Source: Eledone cirrhosa
Lineage: Eukaryota
Direction of reading: 5' to 3'
Length of the DNA: 64,000 nucleotides
Assembly: GCA_964016885.1 (NCBI GenBank)
Contig: OZ024745.1
Span: forward strand, 18,538,001 to 18,602,000
The notes beneath the pieces were generated by a model. It made no database searches and was not told the origin of the DNA. It saw only the letters and a list, made by a program, of their open reading frames with translations. Below are positions 39,750-51,800 of this stretch, piece after piece. Each line of letters opens with the position of its first letter. Position 1 is the stretch's first letter. Made by a program: the position numbers and the translations under genes.

Positions 39750-42484
39750 CTTCATTTATTAGCCACAAGGGCCGACATGTAGGGGACAATACAAAGACAG
39801 GGACAGTGCGGATTTACAATAAGGTCGAGTAAAAGTGCACAATGGCAAGACTAATTTAACAATGAAAATATAAAAATATAAAATAAACTATGTATAAATA
39901 TAACAAAATAAATTCCCCGATAGGGGGTGTACGACCCTGGGGTGCTTCAGGTACCCCCCCCCCCAATCCTGAACCACCCTGCGCTTCTAGGGCACCCAGG
40001 AGAGCACCCCTCTCCTCAAGTTAGCCAGCCTATAGGCGCATGGTCAGAGTAGGCCCATTCACACGAACCATTCTTGCCACATTCACCCACCTTTTAGCAA
40101 ATGTACTGGGGGGCAGCACTTCTCTCTCCACCCTCACCCTCCTTTCCAGGTGAAACTTGAAGAAGTTGATGAGGGATTGGCCGAAGAGAAAAGTGTCTGT
40201 CTTTAGTCCTTTCAACCTGGTCCACCATATAATCTCTTTCGCAACTGCCACCAGACAGAGGAAAATTTCCTGTTCTTCCTGACCTAAGGAAGGTGGCGGC
40301 TCGATCTTCACTATGGACTCGGCCGATAGCCGGATTCGTTCCACACGCGACAGTAGCTGTTCGACATAACTCCACAAGTCAGTAATGCACGGACATTGGA
40401 CAAGTGCGTGCAGAACGGTTTCGTCGTTCTGTGCGCATCTTGGGCAGGTCCGTCTGACAGCACTTCCGTGCCTGTAGAGTTTATCCCGAACCAGCAGTGC
40501 GCCCCAGTAGCACTGCCAAGCGAGGGATTTCTGGAAATTGTCCATCGTCCCCGGCTCAAAAGTCCTCCGGTACAGACTGGTCAGTTCGACTTCGTCGAGG
40601 CCCAAAGCTTCTCCGAGTGCGTCATCGCACTTGCCCACCACTAATCCTCTATAGAACTCGAGAATGGAAGTTCCACTGATCGCATTGCCCGCTTGGTAGA
40701 GGGCAGTGAGTGCCTGGCAACATTCCAGGTGCCAGTCACCCAGTCTCGGGCTCTTCTTGACCCAGGATTGCAGCTCAGTCAAAGAAATGAGCTGCGGAAA
40801 GGCCCGTCTGATAAACGGCGACCACACCTGTTCACCATTGAGGCAGAATATCTGGAGATGTCGCAGCCTCAACGCATGTCTGCGCATCATTAGCCACGGC
40901 ATGCCCAGCCCTCCGCGTAGAGGGTGCTGGCAGAAGATGGACCGCCTCACCAACGGAACTTGTCCCCTCCACAAGAATTTGAAGAGGAGCCGTTCCAACT
41001 TGACGAGGCGCGGACGGAGGCAAGGCATGACGGTTAGGCGGTAGTAGATGACGGACGCGATGTACGCATTCGCCACCTCCGCGCGACCTTTCAGTGATAG
41101 CTTCCTCCCAGCCCATTTTTGGGTGAGACTGGCTACTCTGCTCGTTACCTCGTCCCAATTCTTTTCCACCTGGAGGTCTGGTCCGAACCAAACTCCAAGC
41201 AACTTTACCGGTCCGTCCGTCCAGCGCCCCACGACGCTGTTGGACGGCATGGGCTTGCCTCTCCAGGTTCCGAGCTGCAAGCCCACCGACTTTTCAGGGT
41301 TAAGTTTGGCTCCTGTCAACCTTTCATATTCCTTCAATAAGGTGCCGACCACCTCGATTTCTGAGGTGTTCGACACCATCACGGTGATCGTCCGCATAAG
41401 CCGACACCGCCTTTCCACGTCCCGGTTCGAGCGGGATGCCCTGCAACAGCTCCAGCTTCCGCAGTAAAGGCTCTAGAGTCAATACGTACAGAAGGGAAGA
41501 GAGAGGGCACCCTTGACGGACCGATCGGGAGAGCCGAAATGGTTCCGAGAGGTGGCCATTAACCTTGACCACCGAGCGTGTGCCGCTGTGCATTGCAATG
41601 ATCCAGCTTCTGAAGACAGGGCCGAAGCCAGCTGCTTTGAGGACAAACTCCAGATACCGATGGTCGACCCTATCGAATGCTTTCGTTTGATGTAAATTGA
41701 TCAGTGTCCCACTGAAGCCAGGTTTACACCCTACCCTCTCTATGATGTATCGCATGAGGTGGAGATTGTCGTGTATGGACCTGGCTGGGATTGCGCAAGT
41801 TTGCGCCTCCCCAACCAAATCCTCGACGACAAGCGCCAATCTCTTTCCTAACACCTTGGCCAAAATCTTAAACTCTGTATTCAGCAGAGTTATGGGCCTG
41901 AAGTTGTCTAATGTATCCCTCTTATTCTCGTCTTTCCTTATCAGCGTCACCACTCCCCTGCTCACAGAACTGGGAATACTCCCATTCTGCTGCCAGTTGC
42001 AGTAGAGTGCTTCGAGGAGTTCGATGAACAAGTCTGGCATATTTAGGTAAAGCTCGTAGGGCAGGCCATCCAAACCGGGTGACTTGCGCCTCATGCAGCC
42101 GACAAGGGCGTCCTGAATTTCGGCTGAAGTAATCGGCCTTTCGCAGCGCTCAGCGTCGACCGTCGAGATGCGCGGCAAGCCGTCAAGGTAGGGACTGAAA
42201 TCCGCTACTCTCTCTGACTCGCCACTCTCCCTGAACAACCGAGCAAAGTGCTGGCGAAAGGCCTCACACATCCGCTTGGAATCGCTTATCTCGTGTCCGT
42301 CTCGGTCCGCCAAAGAGCGAATTGTGGTTTTATTACCACGCTGCGCCTCCACCACGCGGGCCCATCGAACAGCTTTAGTTCCCTCGTCTCTCAGGCACGC
42401 GCCTTAGCTCTGACAATGCAACCTTCGTGTTTAGCATTGAAGAAATGGTCTAATGCCATTCTCGCCGCTGGCACGTTAGTTGCG
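39748..42484 (-). mobile_element. Copy 8: Tx1-like family B (diverged from A), 5'-truncated, frameshift near YADD
   Basis: ORFs 41324-42355 and 40030-41418 are homologous to ORF2 55111-58530. The 3'UTR is distinct and ends CCTTGTGGCTAATAAATGAAGTC(ATT)n. Confidence 0.9.
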
Positions 42485-42532
42485 AATAATAATAATAATA
42501 ATAATGATAATAATAATAAAAATAATAATAAT

Positions 42533-42850
42533 GAGAGTGCAAGAGAAGGAGAGGGAGAAAATTAACCGATACCAGGACCTAAAGTGGGAGGTGAAAAGGA
42601 TTTGGAAGTGCCATGAAGTCAAAGTGATCCCGATTGTCATAGGCGCACTGGGGACTATCTCCAAAGGTTTCCAGGGATGGTTAAAGAAAATCGGCCCCTT
42701 CACGCTTTTTGGAACGCTTCAAAAGGCATGCTTGCTTGGAACAGCAAGAACCCTCCGATACGTCCTGAATATCTGAGGCTGCAGGTGGTGGCTTGATATT
42801 CAATCCAACGGACTTTCCAGTTAACCAACATCAATGACTGAGATTCAAGG
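42533..42850 (+). mobile_element. Copy 9: Dong-like family A 3' fragment
   Basis: RVQEKEREKINRYQDL...LRYVLNI* plus the family A 3'UTR. Confidence 0.9.
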
Positions 42851-42889
42851 AATAACAATAACAATAATAATTATAATAATAATAATAAT

Positions 42890-45800
42890 GTTTTCTTTAT
42901 TAACCACAAGGGTTCACATAAAGTAGACATTAAGGACAGTACAGGACAATACAGGACGGTACAAATGGGCTTTTCTGCGTGTAAAAAAACAGAGGTTGAA
43001 ATAAAATAACAAAGAAAAATTCCCCAATAGGGGGGAGACTTCCAAGGGACATTTGTGGAGAAAGCCCATTAAAAGACCACAGTGGCCCTGACCACCAGGG
43101 CAAGTGCCCTCTCCCAGTTTTCCACCTTTAATTTACAAACACATACTCAGAGAAGGCCCATTCATTCGGGCCATACTTGCTTCTCTCACCCATCTTTCAA
43201 CAAAATGCTGGGAAGAGAGCACTTCCCTCTCTACCCTGATTTTCCTTTTCAAATGAAATTTGAAAAAGTTAATCAGGGCATCACCGAAGAGGTAAGTGCT
43301 CGTCTTCAGCCCTTTCAAACGTGTCCACCATACTATCTCTTTCGCCATGGCCACCAGACAGATAAAAACTTCCTACCCTTCCCGGCTAAAGGAAGGGGGC
43401 GGGGCAATTCTCACGATGGACTCAGCTGATAGCTGGATCCGTCCTACACGTGACAGCAGGTGTTCGACATAAACCCACAAGTCAGCAAAGCTCGGACACT
43501 GGACGAGTGCGTGCAGGACGGTTTCGTCGCCCTGCGCGCATCTCGGACATGCCCGACTGACGGCACCTCCATGCCTGTAGAGTTTATCCCGAACTGGCAA
43601 AGCTTCTCGGTAGCACTGCCAGGCCAGCGATTTCTGGAAGTTGTCCATAGGCCCCGGCCCCAAAGTCCTTCCGAAGAGATTGGCTAGTTGATTTTCGTCG
43701 ACGCCTAGAGTTTCTCCAAGTACGTCGTCGCTCTTCCCCTCCACTAATCCCCTATAGAAAGCCAAGGTGGAGTTTCCACCGATCACATTGCCCGATTGGC
43801 CGAGGGCTGGGAGCGCCTGAAGACATTCCAGTCTCCAAGCGCTCCCTCTCGGTCTTCGCTTGACCCAGGACTGCAGCTCCGTCAAGGAGACGAGCTGGGG
43901 AAAAACGTGTCTTGCAAACGGCGACCACACTTGATCACCGTCGAGGAAGAGGTGGAGATGTCGTAGCCTGAGCGCGTGTCTGCGCATCATCAGCCACGGC
44001 ATGCCCAGCCCTCCACGTAGCGGGTGTTGACAGCAGATGGACCGCCTGACCATCGGAGCGCGTCCCTTCCACAAGAAGCGAAAGAGCAAACGCTCCAGCG
44101 CAGTCAGGCGGGGCTTAGGACAAGGTACGGCGGTCAGGCGGTAGTAGATGACGGATGCGATGTACGCATTCGCCACCTCCGCTCGACCTTTCAGGGATAG
44201 CTTCCTCTCGGCCCATTTCTGGGTGAGAGAAGCCACCCTGCTCGTCACCTCGTCCCAGTTTTTATCCGTCTGGAGGTCTGGACCGAACCAGACCCCTAGC
44301 AATTTAACCGGTCCGTCCGTCCAGCGCCCGACGACGCTGTTGGACGGCATGGACCTGCCTCTCCAGGTGCCGAGCTGCAGGCCCACTGACTTTTCCTGGT
44401 TGATCATTGCTCCTGTCACCGCTTCGTATTCTCTTAGTGTAGTGCCGATCGCCTCGATGTGTTTGGCGTTCGACACCACTACGGTGACATCGTCGGCATA
44501 TGCTGACACGGATCTTCCGCATCCTAGTTCGCGCGGGAACCCCCCTCAACGTCTCCAGCTTGTGCAGTAATGGCTCGAGAGTCAATATGTACAATAGGGA
44601 CGAGAGGAGACATCCTTGGCGGACCGAGCGCATGATGTTGAACGGTTCCGAAAGGTGACCGTTCACTCTCACTACAGAGCAGATGTCGCTGTGCATGGCA
44701 GCGATCCAGCCTCTGAAGACGGGCCCAAAGCCAGCCGCCCTCAGGACTGCCGTTAGGTAACGATGGTCGACCGTATCGAATGCTTTCGACTGATCTAAAT
44801 TGATCAAAGACCCACCCTTGCCAGGTTCCCTAGCTACCCTCTCTACGATGTATCGCATGAGGTGGAGGTTGTCGTGGATAGATCTGTCGGGAATGGCGCA
44901 TGTCTGTGCCTCTCCCACCAGACCACCAACGACAAGCGCCAACCTCTTTGCTAGCACCTTGGCCAAAATCTTGAACTCTGTGTTTAGCAGAGTTATGGGC
45001 CTAAAATTATCTATGTTATCCCCCTTGTTCGGATCCTTTCTCAGCAGCGCCACCGCTCCTCGGCTCACAGAGCTGGGAATTCTCCCGTTCTGTTGCCAGT
45101 TGCAGTAGACATCCGCCAAGAGGCCTCCGAACAAGTTTGGCATTTGTACGTAAAGTTCATAGGGCAGACCATCCAAACCAGGCGATTTACCCCTTGTGCA
45201 ACTAGTCATTGCATCCCGTACTTCAGCGGTTGTTATCGGCTTTTCGCAACACTCCGCCTCAGTGGCCGAAAGCCGCGGCAGTCCGTCGAGGTAGACACTA
45301 AAGTCCATCCCTCGATCCGGCCCGCCACTGCCCCCGAACAGTTGAGCGAAGTGTCGCTGAAAAGCTTCACACATTTGCCCGGGATCGAGTAGCATGCGCC
45401 CGTCGTGGTCCACCAAAGACCGGATCGTGGCTTTGTTGCCACGACGCGCCTCCGCCACTCGGGCCCATTGAACGGCTTTCGTCCCCTCGTGTCTGAGAGC
45501 ACGCACCCTAGCTCTGACAACGCAGCCTTCGTGCTTTGCATTGAAGAATTGATAAGGGCCAATTTCGCCGCAAGTACGTCGGTCGCGATGCCTATGCTAA
45601 GCGCCTCATCTAATTTTCTAACTAATTCTCCCTCTGCTCTATTTTTCTCTATTGCTAAAGTCTTACTAAACCTAATGGACTCTATTCTAATTGCTCTTTT
45701 CAGAGCAAACCACCACTTGTTGTTGACGATGGCCCCCGTCAACGCCCGCTTAACTAGTTCGCTAATCCGGTCTCTGTAGGCCTTGCGCGCTGGTAAGGAC

Positions 45801-48800
45801 GCGTTTAACTTCCAGTAGCCGGGTCCTCGTCTATGAAGCCTATCTAAGTCAAGCACACAGATCACGAATTTGTGGTCCGTGTAGCTGACTATCTTGAATT
45901 GTGGACAGCCTATGCTAGACCTATCTATTTCCCTACAAAATACTCTATCTAGATATGATCTGGATGACCCTATGCGATTTGTCCAAGTCCACATTGGTAC
46001 ATTCGGGAAATCCATTCGGTACCTGTCAGACAGTTCAAAACGTCTGAGCAGGTTGGTGAGACTCTTGCACCCTCCTTCTCTATCCACTAATCCCACACAA
46101 TCCCAGCGTGCATCTAAGATCCCGTTCCAGTCGCCCACTAACACTAAAGAGCGGGACGTTCCAAGAAAGGTCTCCAGACGCCGGAAGAAATCAGGCCGCC
46201 CTGCTCCTGTCGGGGCATAGACGGCCACTAACCTGAAAGCTTGCCCGTCTCCGCTGGTCACGTCCAGCACCACCAACTTACCTTCTGGGTCCAGGAAGAT
46301 GGCCCGTATGGCAAGATCCAAACCTCTCCGAAAAAGCACAGCAACTCCTCCCCCCGATCCCGGACGGCTGGGAGATGCGTACACATCGTAGCCGCCGAAG
46401 ATCGGTGCGAAAGCCTGTGCTTCGGAGATTCTGGTCTCGCTGATGGCCACTACATCTATGTTTAGTGACCTGAGGTCGTTGAGCAGGTGGCCCTGCTTCC
46501 ATGACGACCCCAAGCCACGCGCATTTATGCTGCCTATTCTGAGTGAGGTCATGTTGAAAAGGAGTGGAAAAGATGGGAAAAACCACTTACCTTACTTCTC
46601 GTAGGGGAAGGACGGCTTTTCCATCCTTTTCACTGCTTGTGGCCTCCTCAGGAAGGATGTCCTTATAAATCCTCCTGGAGAGTGCTTGTCGGAAGTCTCC
46701 GATGTCTTTGGGGAATTTTTGTTTTAGTGTCATGTACGTTTTCTGTGTGATGCGAGTGATTTGTATGTGTGGAGGTGGTGTGAATTTTGGGGTTGTTGTG
46801 TAGTCTTTTTCTGTGATGCTGGTGTTGTGTTGGATGTAGTGTAATAATTGCTTGTTGTTCAAATTTAATGCTGTGTAGTGTGTATCGTTTTGGTTGTTTT
46901 GTTTTGTTTGCGTTTGTTGTGGGTTTGTTTCTGTTTCGCTTTTTGGTGACTTTTGTGGTGTAGGTGATGGTGGTGCTGGGGATAATGATGGTGATGGTGT
47001 TGGTGTTTGAGTTGATGGGGTTGGTGATGCTGGTGTGGATGGTGGCATATCTGTCCTAACTTTTTTGTTTCTTAGTTTATTTGTTTCCCTCTGTATTTTG
47101 TTTTTGGAGGGGGAAGGAAGAGAATTTTTTCTTTTTTGGTTTCTTTTATTTTTCCGGATATCGTTTCCCACTCCTCGTCGTCACAATCTGTCTCCAGTTG
47201 TGATAGGCCGGGGAGTGGAAAATCCTCCACAGCCGTTAGTTTTGGTTGTGGTGTGGTGGATGGTGTAGGCGCTGGTGCTAGTTCTGAAGCGTTGGGTGGT
47301 GGTGGTGTTGGTTTTGCTGGTGGTGGTAGTGGTGTTGGTTTTGCTACTGTTGCTGGGGTTGTTGCTGTTATAGTTGCTTCTGTTGTTGCTGCTACAGTTG
47401 TTGCTGGCATCTCTGCTACTGGTGGTGTTGATGGTTGTGTCACTGGGGTGGGTAGGAGAGGTGGCCTCAACCTTTTAGCCTGAGGGCAGAAAGCCCTTAG
47501 GTGGGTTCCTTCACCACAAACGACACACCTAGGTCTTCTGCCCTCGACAATTACCGTGAGGTGGCTGCCGTCAGTGAGGTCTATTACCTCTGGGATCTCC
47601 TCAATGCTTTTTTGGTCCGCTTGGATCAGGAGCTCCATCCCAGATCCGGACCAGTTTTCCGGCTTTTCTTTTGCTATTGTTATTATTTTCGTGTTGGCCT
47701 CGATGCCGGCGATGACAGCCGCTATTAGCCAGGGAATTTCGATGGCCGGTGGAACGTGGGTCACCCTGATCTTTACGAGTCTCTGGCCACAATAGCTTGG
47801 GACGAGTGTGAAGTCCTCACTTTTTAATGGGGCCATGGAGTGTTCTCTAGCCTCCTCTGGTGTTTCAAAGAACACATCCACGGTTCCATACTTTTGCCCA
47901 CGCCTGATGTGGGTTTTTCTTGCCCACACATGTCCCAAAGCTTTTTGGATTTGGGACTCGGATGCCCGTTCCACTCGGCGCGATTTTACATTTATTGTTC
48001 TATACGACACGGTGCATAGGCGCCGATGCTCCATTTTATTAGGTGTGGGGGGGGGGGGGGGGTGAGGCTGACCCTGTACCCATCTTTCTTTACCATTTGT
48101 TTGGCATTTTCTAAATCTTCTTGAGTTACCGTGAACGCTTCGAATTGTTTTGCTACGATGGCGAAACTGAGGGTCGGTTTTATAATGTCATTGTTGTTGT
48201 TGTTGCTATCGTTATTTGTGTTAATATTAATTTTAGTTTCAGTTGTGGTGGTAGTGACGTCAGTCGTCTTTGGTGTGGAAGAGTCCATTTTGCTAAATTT
48301 CAATTCGACATCACGAGTTAATTTATTTTTTTCTTCTTTTGTTTCTGTTGTCGCGGTGGTGGTGGTGGTGGTGGTTGTCGCGGTGGTGGTGGTGGTGGAG
48401 GGTTTAACACCTGCAGTCATTGGTAATGGCGGGAAATGAATGTCTGCCTGAGACAAATTTAAAATATTGCTACTGCTTATATTTTTTTTTGTGTTGGCAA
48501 ACGTAGTAACATTTACAATGGTGGTGTCGGTGTGAGGTGTTATTTTGTGAGGAAGGCTTTCAGCTGCTTTGTGCAGAGGGGAATTAGCCATTTTTTTTCA
48601 AAGAAATTTTTGGATAATAATAAAAGTTAAAATTTTGGGCACAAGGCCCCAATCTTTTTGGGTGTCCTTTTCGGAAAACAATGTATGTGTGCTTATAAAC
48701 AGTTTACAATAAAATTTTCCATAAATGGCAATTTTTAAACAAACGGAAATAACAAACCTTTGCGGAGCTCACGATAATACGATTTCCTACGTAGGTCGCC
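42890..48800 (-). mobile_element. Copy 10: full-length Tx1-like family A with ORF1 type 1; inactivated
   Basis: 5'UTR 48592-48800. ORF1 46587-48591 has frameshifts near 48050 and 47150. ORF2 43133-46552 has frameshifts near 45551 and 44538 and a stop at 43373. Confidence 0.93.
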
Positions 48801-48869
<69 letters not shown>

Positions 48870-48871
<2 letters not shown>

Positions 48872-51800
48872 TGATTTCTTTATTAACCACAAGGGTTTAC
48901 ATAAAGTAGACATTAAGGACAGTGCAGGACAATGCAGGACGGTACAAATGGGCATTTCTGCGTGTAAAAAACAAAAACAGAGGATGTAACAAAAAATAAC
49001 AATGAAAAATTCCCCAGTAGGGGGCAGACTTCGGAGGGACATTTGTGGAGAAAGCCCAGTAAAAAGCCACAATGACCCTGACCACCAAGGCAAGTGCCCT
49101 CTCCCAGTTTTCCACCTTTAGTTTACAGATATATACTCAGAGTCGGCCCATTCACTCGGGCCATTCTTGCTTCTCTCACCCATCTTTCAACAAAATGCTG
49201 GGAAGAGAGCACTTCCTTCTCTACTCTGATTTTCCTTTTCAAATGAAATTTGAAAAAGTCAATCAGAGCATCACCGAAGAGGTAAGTGCTCGTCTTCAGC
49301 CCTTTCAAACGTGTCCACCATACTATCTCTTTCGCCATGGCCACCAGACAGATAAAAACTGCCTGCCCTTCCCGGCTAAAGGAGGAGGGCGGGGCAATCC
49401 TCACGATAGACTCAGATGATAGCTGGATCCGTCCTAAACGCGACAGCAGGTGTTCGACATAAACCCACAAGTCAGCAATTTTCGGACACTGGACGAGTGC
49501 GTGCAGGACGGTTTCGTCGCCCTGCGCGCATCTCGGACATGCCCGGCTGACGGCACCTCCATGCCTGTAGAGTTTATCCCGAACTGGCAAGGCTCCTCGG
49601 TAGCACTGCCAGGCCAGAGATTTCTGGAAGTTGTCCATAGGCCCTGGCCCGAAAGTTCTTCCGAAGAGATTGGCTAGTTGATTTTCGTCGACGCCTAGAG
49701 TTTCCCCAAGTACGTCGTCGCTCTTCCCCTCCACTAATCCTCTATAGAACGCCGAGGTGGAGTTTCCACCGATCACATTGCCCGATTGGTCGAGGGCTGT
49801 GAGCGCCTGAAGACATTCCAGTCTCCAGGCGCTCCCTCTCGGTTTTCGCTTGACCCAGGACTGCAGCTCCGTCAAGGAAACGAGCTGGGGAAAAACGCGT
49901 CTAGCAAACGGCGACCACACCTGATCACCGTCGAGGAAGAGGTGGAGATGTCGTAGCCTGAGCGCGTGCCTGCGCATCATCAGCCACGGCATGCCCAGCC
50001 CTCCACGTAGCGGGTGTTGACAACAGATGGACCGCCTGACCATCGGAGCACGTCCCTTCCACAAAAAGCGAAAGAGCAAACGCTCCAGCGCAGTCAGGCG
50101 AGGCTTAGGACAAGGTACGACGGTTAGGCGGTAGCAGATGACAGACGCGATGTACGCGTTAGCCACCTCCGCTCGACCTTTCAGGGATAGCTTCCTCTCC
50201 GCCCATTTCTGGGTGAGAGAAGCCACCCTGCTCGTCACCTCGTCCCAGTTTTTGTCCGTCTGGAGGTCCGGACCGAACCAGACCCCTAGCAATTTAACCG
50301 GTCCGTCCGTCCAGCGCCCGACGACGCTGTTGGACGGCATGGACCTGCCTCTCCAGGTGCCGAGCTGCAGGCCCACTGACTTTTCCTGGTTGATCATTGC
50401 TCCTGTCACCGCTTCGTATTCTCTTAGTGTAGTGCCGATCGCCTCGATGTGTTTGGCGTTCGACACCACTACGGTGACATCGTCGGCATATGCTGACACG
50501 GATCTTCCGCATCCTAGTTCGCGCGGGAACCCCCCTCAACGTCTCCAGCTTGTGCAGTAATGGCTCGAGAGTCAATATGTACAATAGGGACGAGAGGAGA
50601 CATCCTTGGCGGACCGAGCGCATGATGTTGAACGGTTCCGAAAGGTGACCGTTCACTCTCACTACAGAGCAGATGTCGCTGTGCATGGCAGCGATCCAGC
50701 CTCTGAAGACGGGCCCAAAGCCAGCCGCCCTCAGGACTGCCGTTAGGTAACGATGGTCGACCCTATCGAAGGCTTTCGACTGATCTAAATTGATCAAAGA
50801 CCCACCCGTGCCAGGTTCCCTAGCTACCCTCTCTACGATGTATCGCATGAGGTGGAGGTTGTCGTGGATAGATCTGTCGGGAATGGCGCATGTCTGTGCC
50901 TCTCCCACCAGACCACCAACGACAAGCGCCAACCTCTTTGCTAGCACCTTGGCCAAAATCTTGAACTCTGTGTTTAGCAGAGTTATGGGCCTAAAATTAT
51001 CTATGTTATCCCCCTTGTTCGGATCCTTTCTCAGCAGCGCCACCGCTCCTCGGCTCACAGAGCTGGGAATTCTCCCGTTCTGTTGCCAGTTGCAGTAGAC
51101 ATCCGCCAAGAGGCCTCCGAACAAGTTTGGCATTTGTACGTAAAGTTCATAGGGCAGACCATCCAAACCAGGCGATTTACCCCTTGTGCAACTAGTCATT
51201 GCATCCCGTACTTCAGCGGTTGTTATCGGCTTTTCGCAACACTCCGCCTCAGTGGCCGAAAGCCGCGGCAGTCCGTCGAGGTAGACACTAAAGTCCATCC
51301 CTCGATCCGGCCCGCCACTGCCCCCGAACAGTTGAGCGAAGTGTCGCTGAAAAGCTTCACACATTTGCCCGGGATCGAGTAGCATGCGCCCGTCGTGGTC
51401 CACCAAAGACCGGATCGTGGCTTTGTTGCCACGACGCGCCTCCGCCACTCGGGCCCATTGAACGGCTTTCGTCCCCTCGTGTCTGAGAGCACGCACCCTA
51501 GCTCTGACAACGCAGCCTTCGTGCTTTGCATTGAAGAATTGATAAGGGCCAATTTCGCCGCAAGTACGTCGGTCGCGATGCCTATGCTAAGCGCCTCATC
51601 TAATTTTCTAACTAATTCTCCCTCTGCTCTATTTTTCTCTATTGCTAAAGTCTTACTAAACCTAATGGACTCTATTCTAATTGCTCTTTTCAGAGCAAAC
51701 CACCACTTGTTGTTGACGATGGCCCCCGTCAACGCCCGCTTAACTAGTTCGCTAATCCGGTCTCTGTAGGCCTTGCGCGCTGGTAAGGACGCGTTTAACT

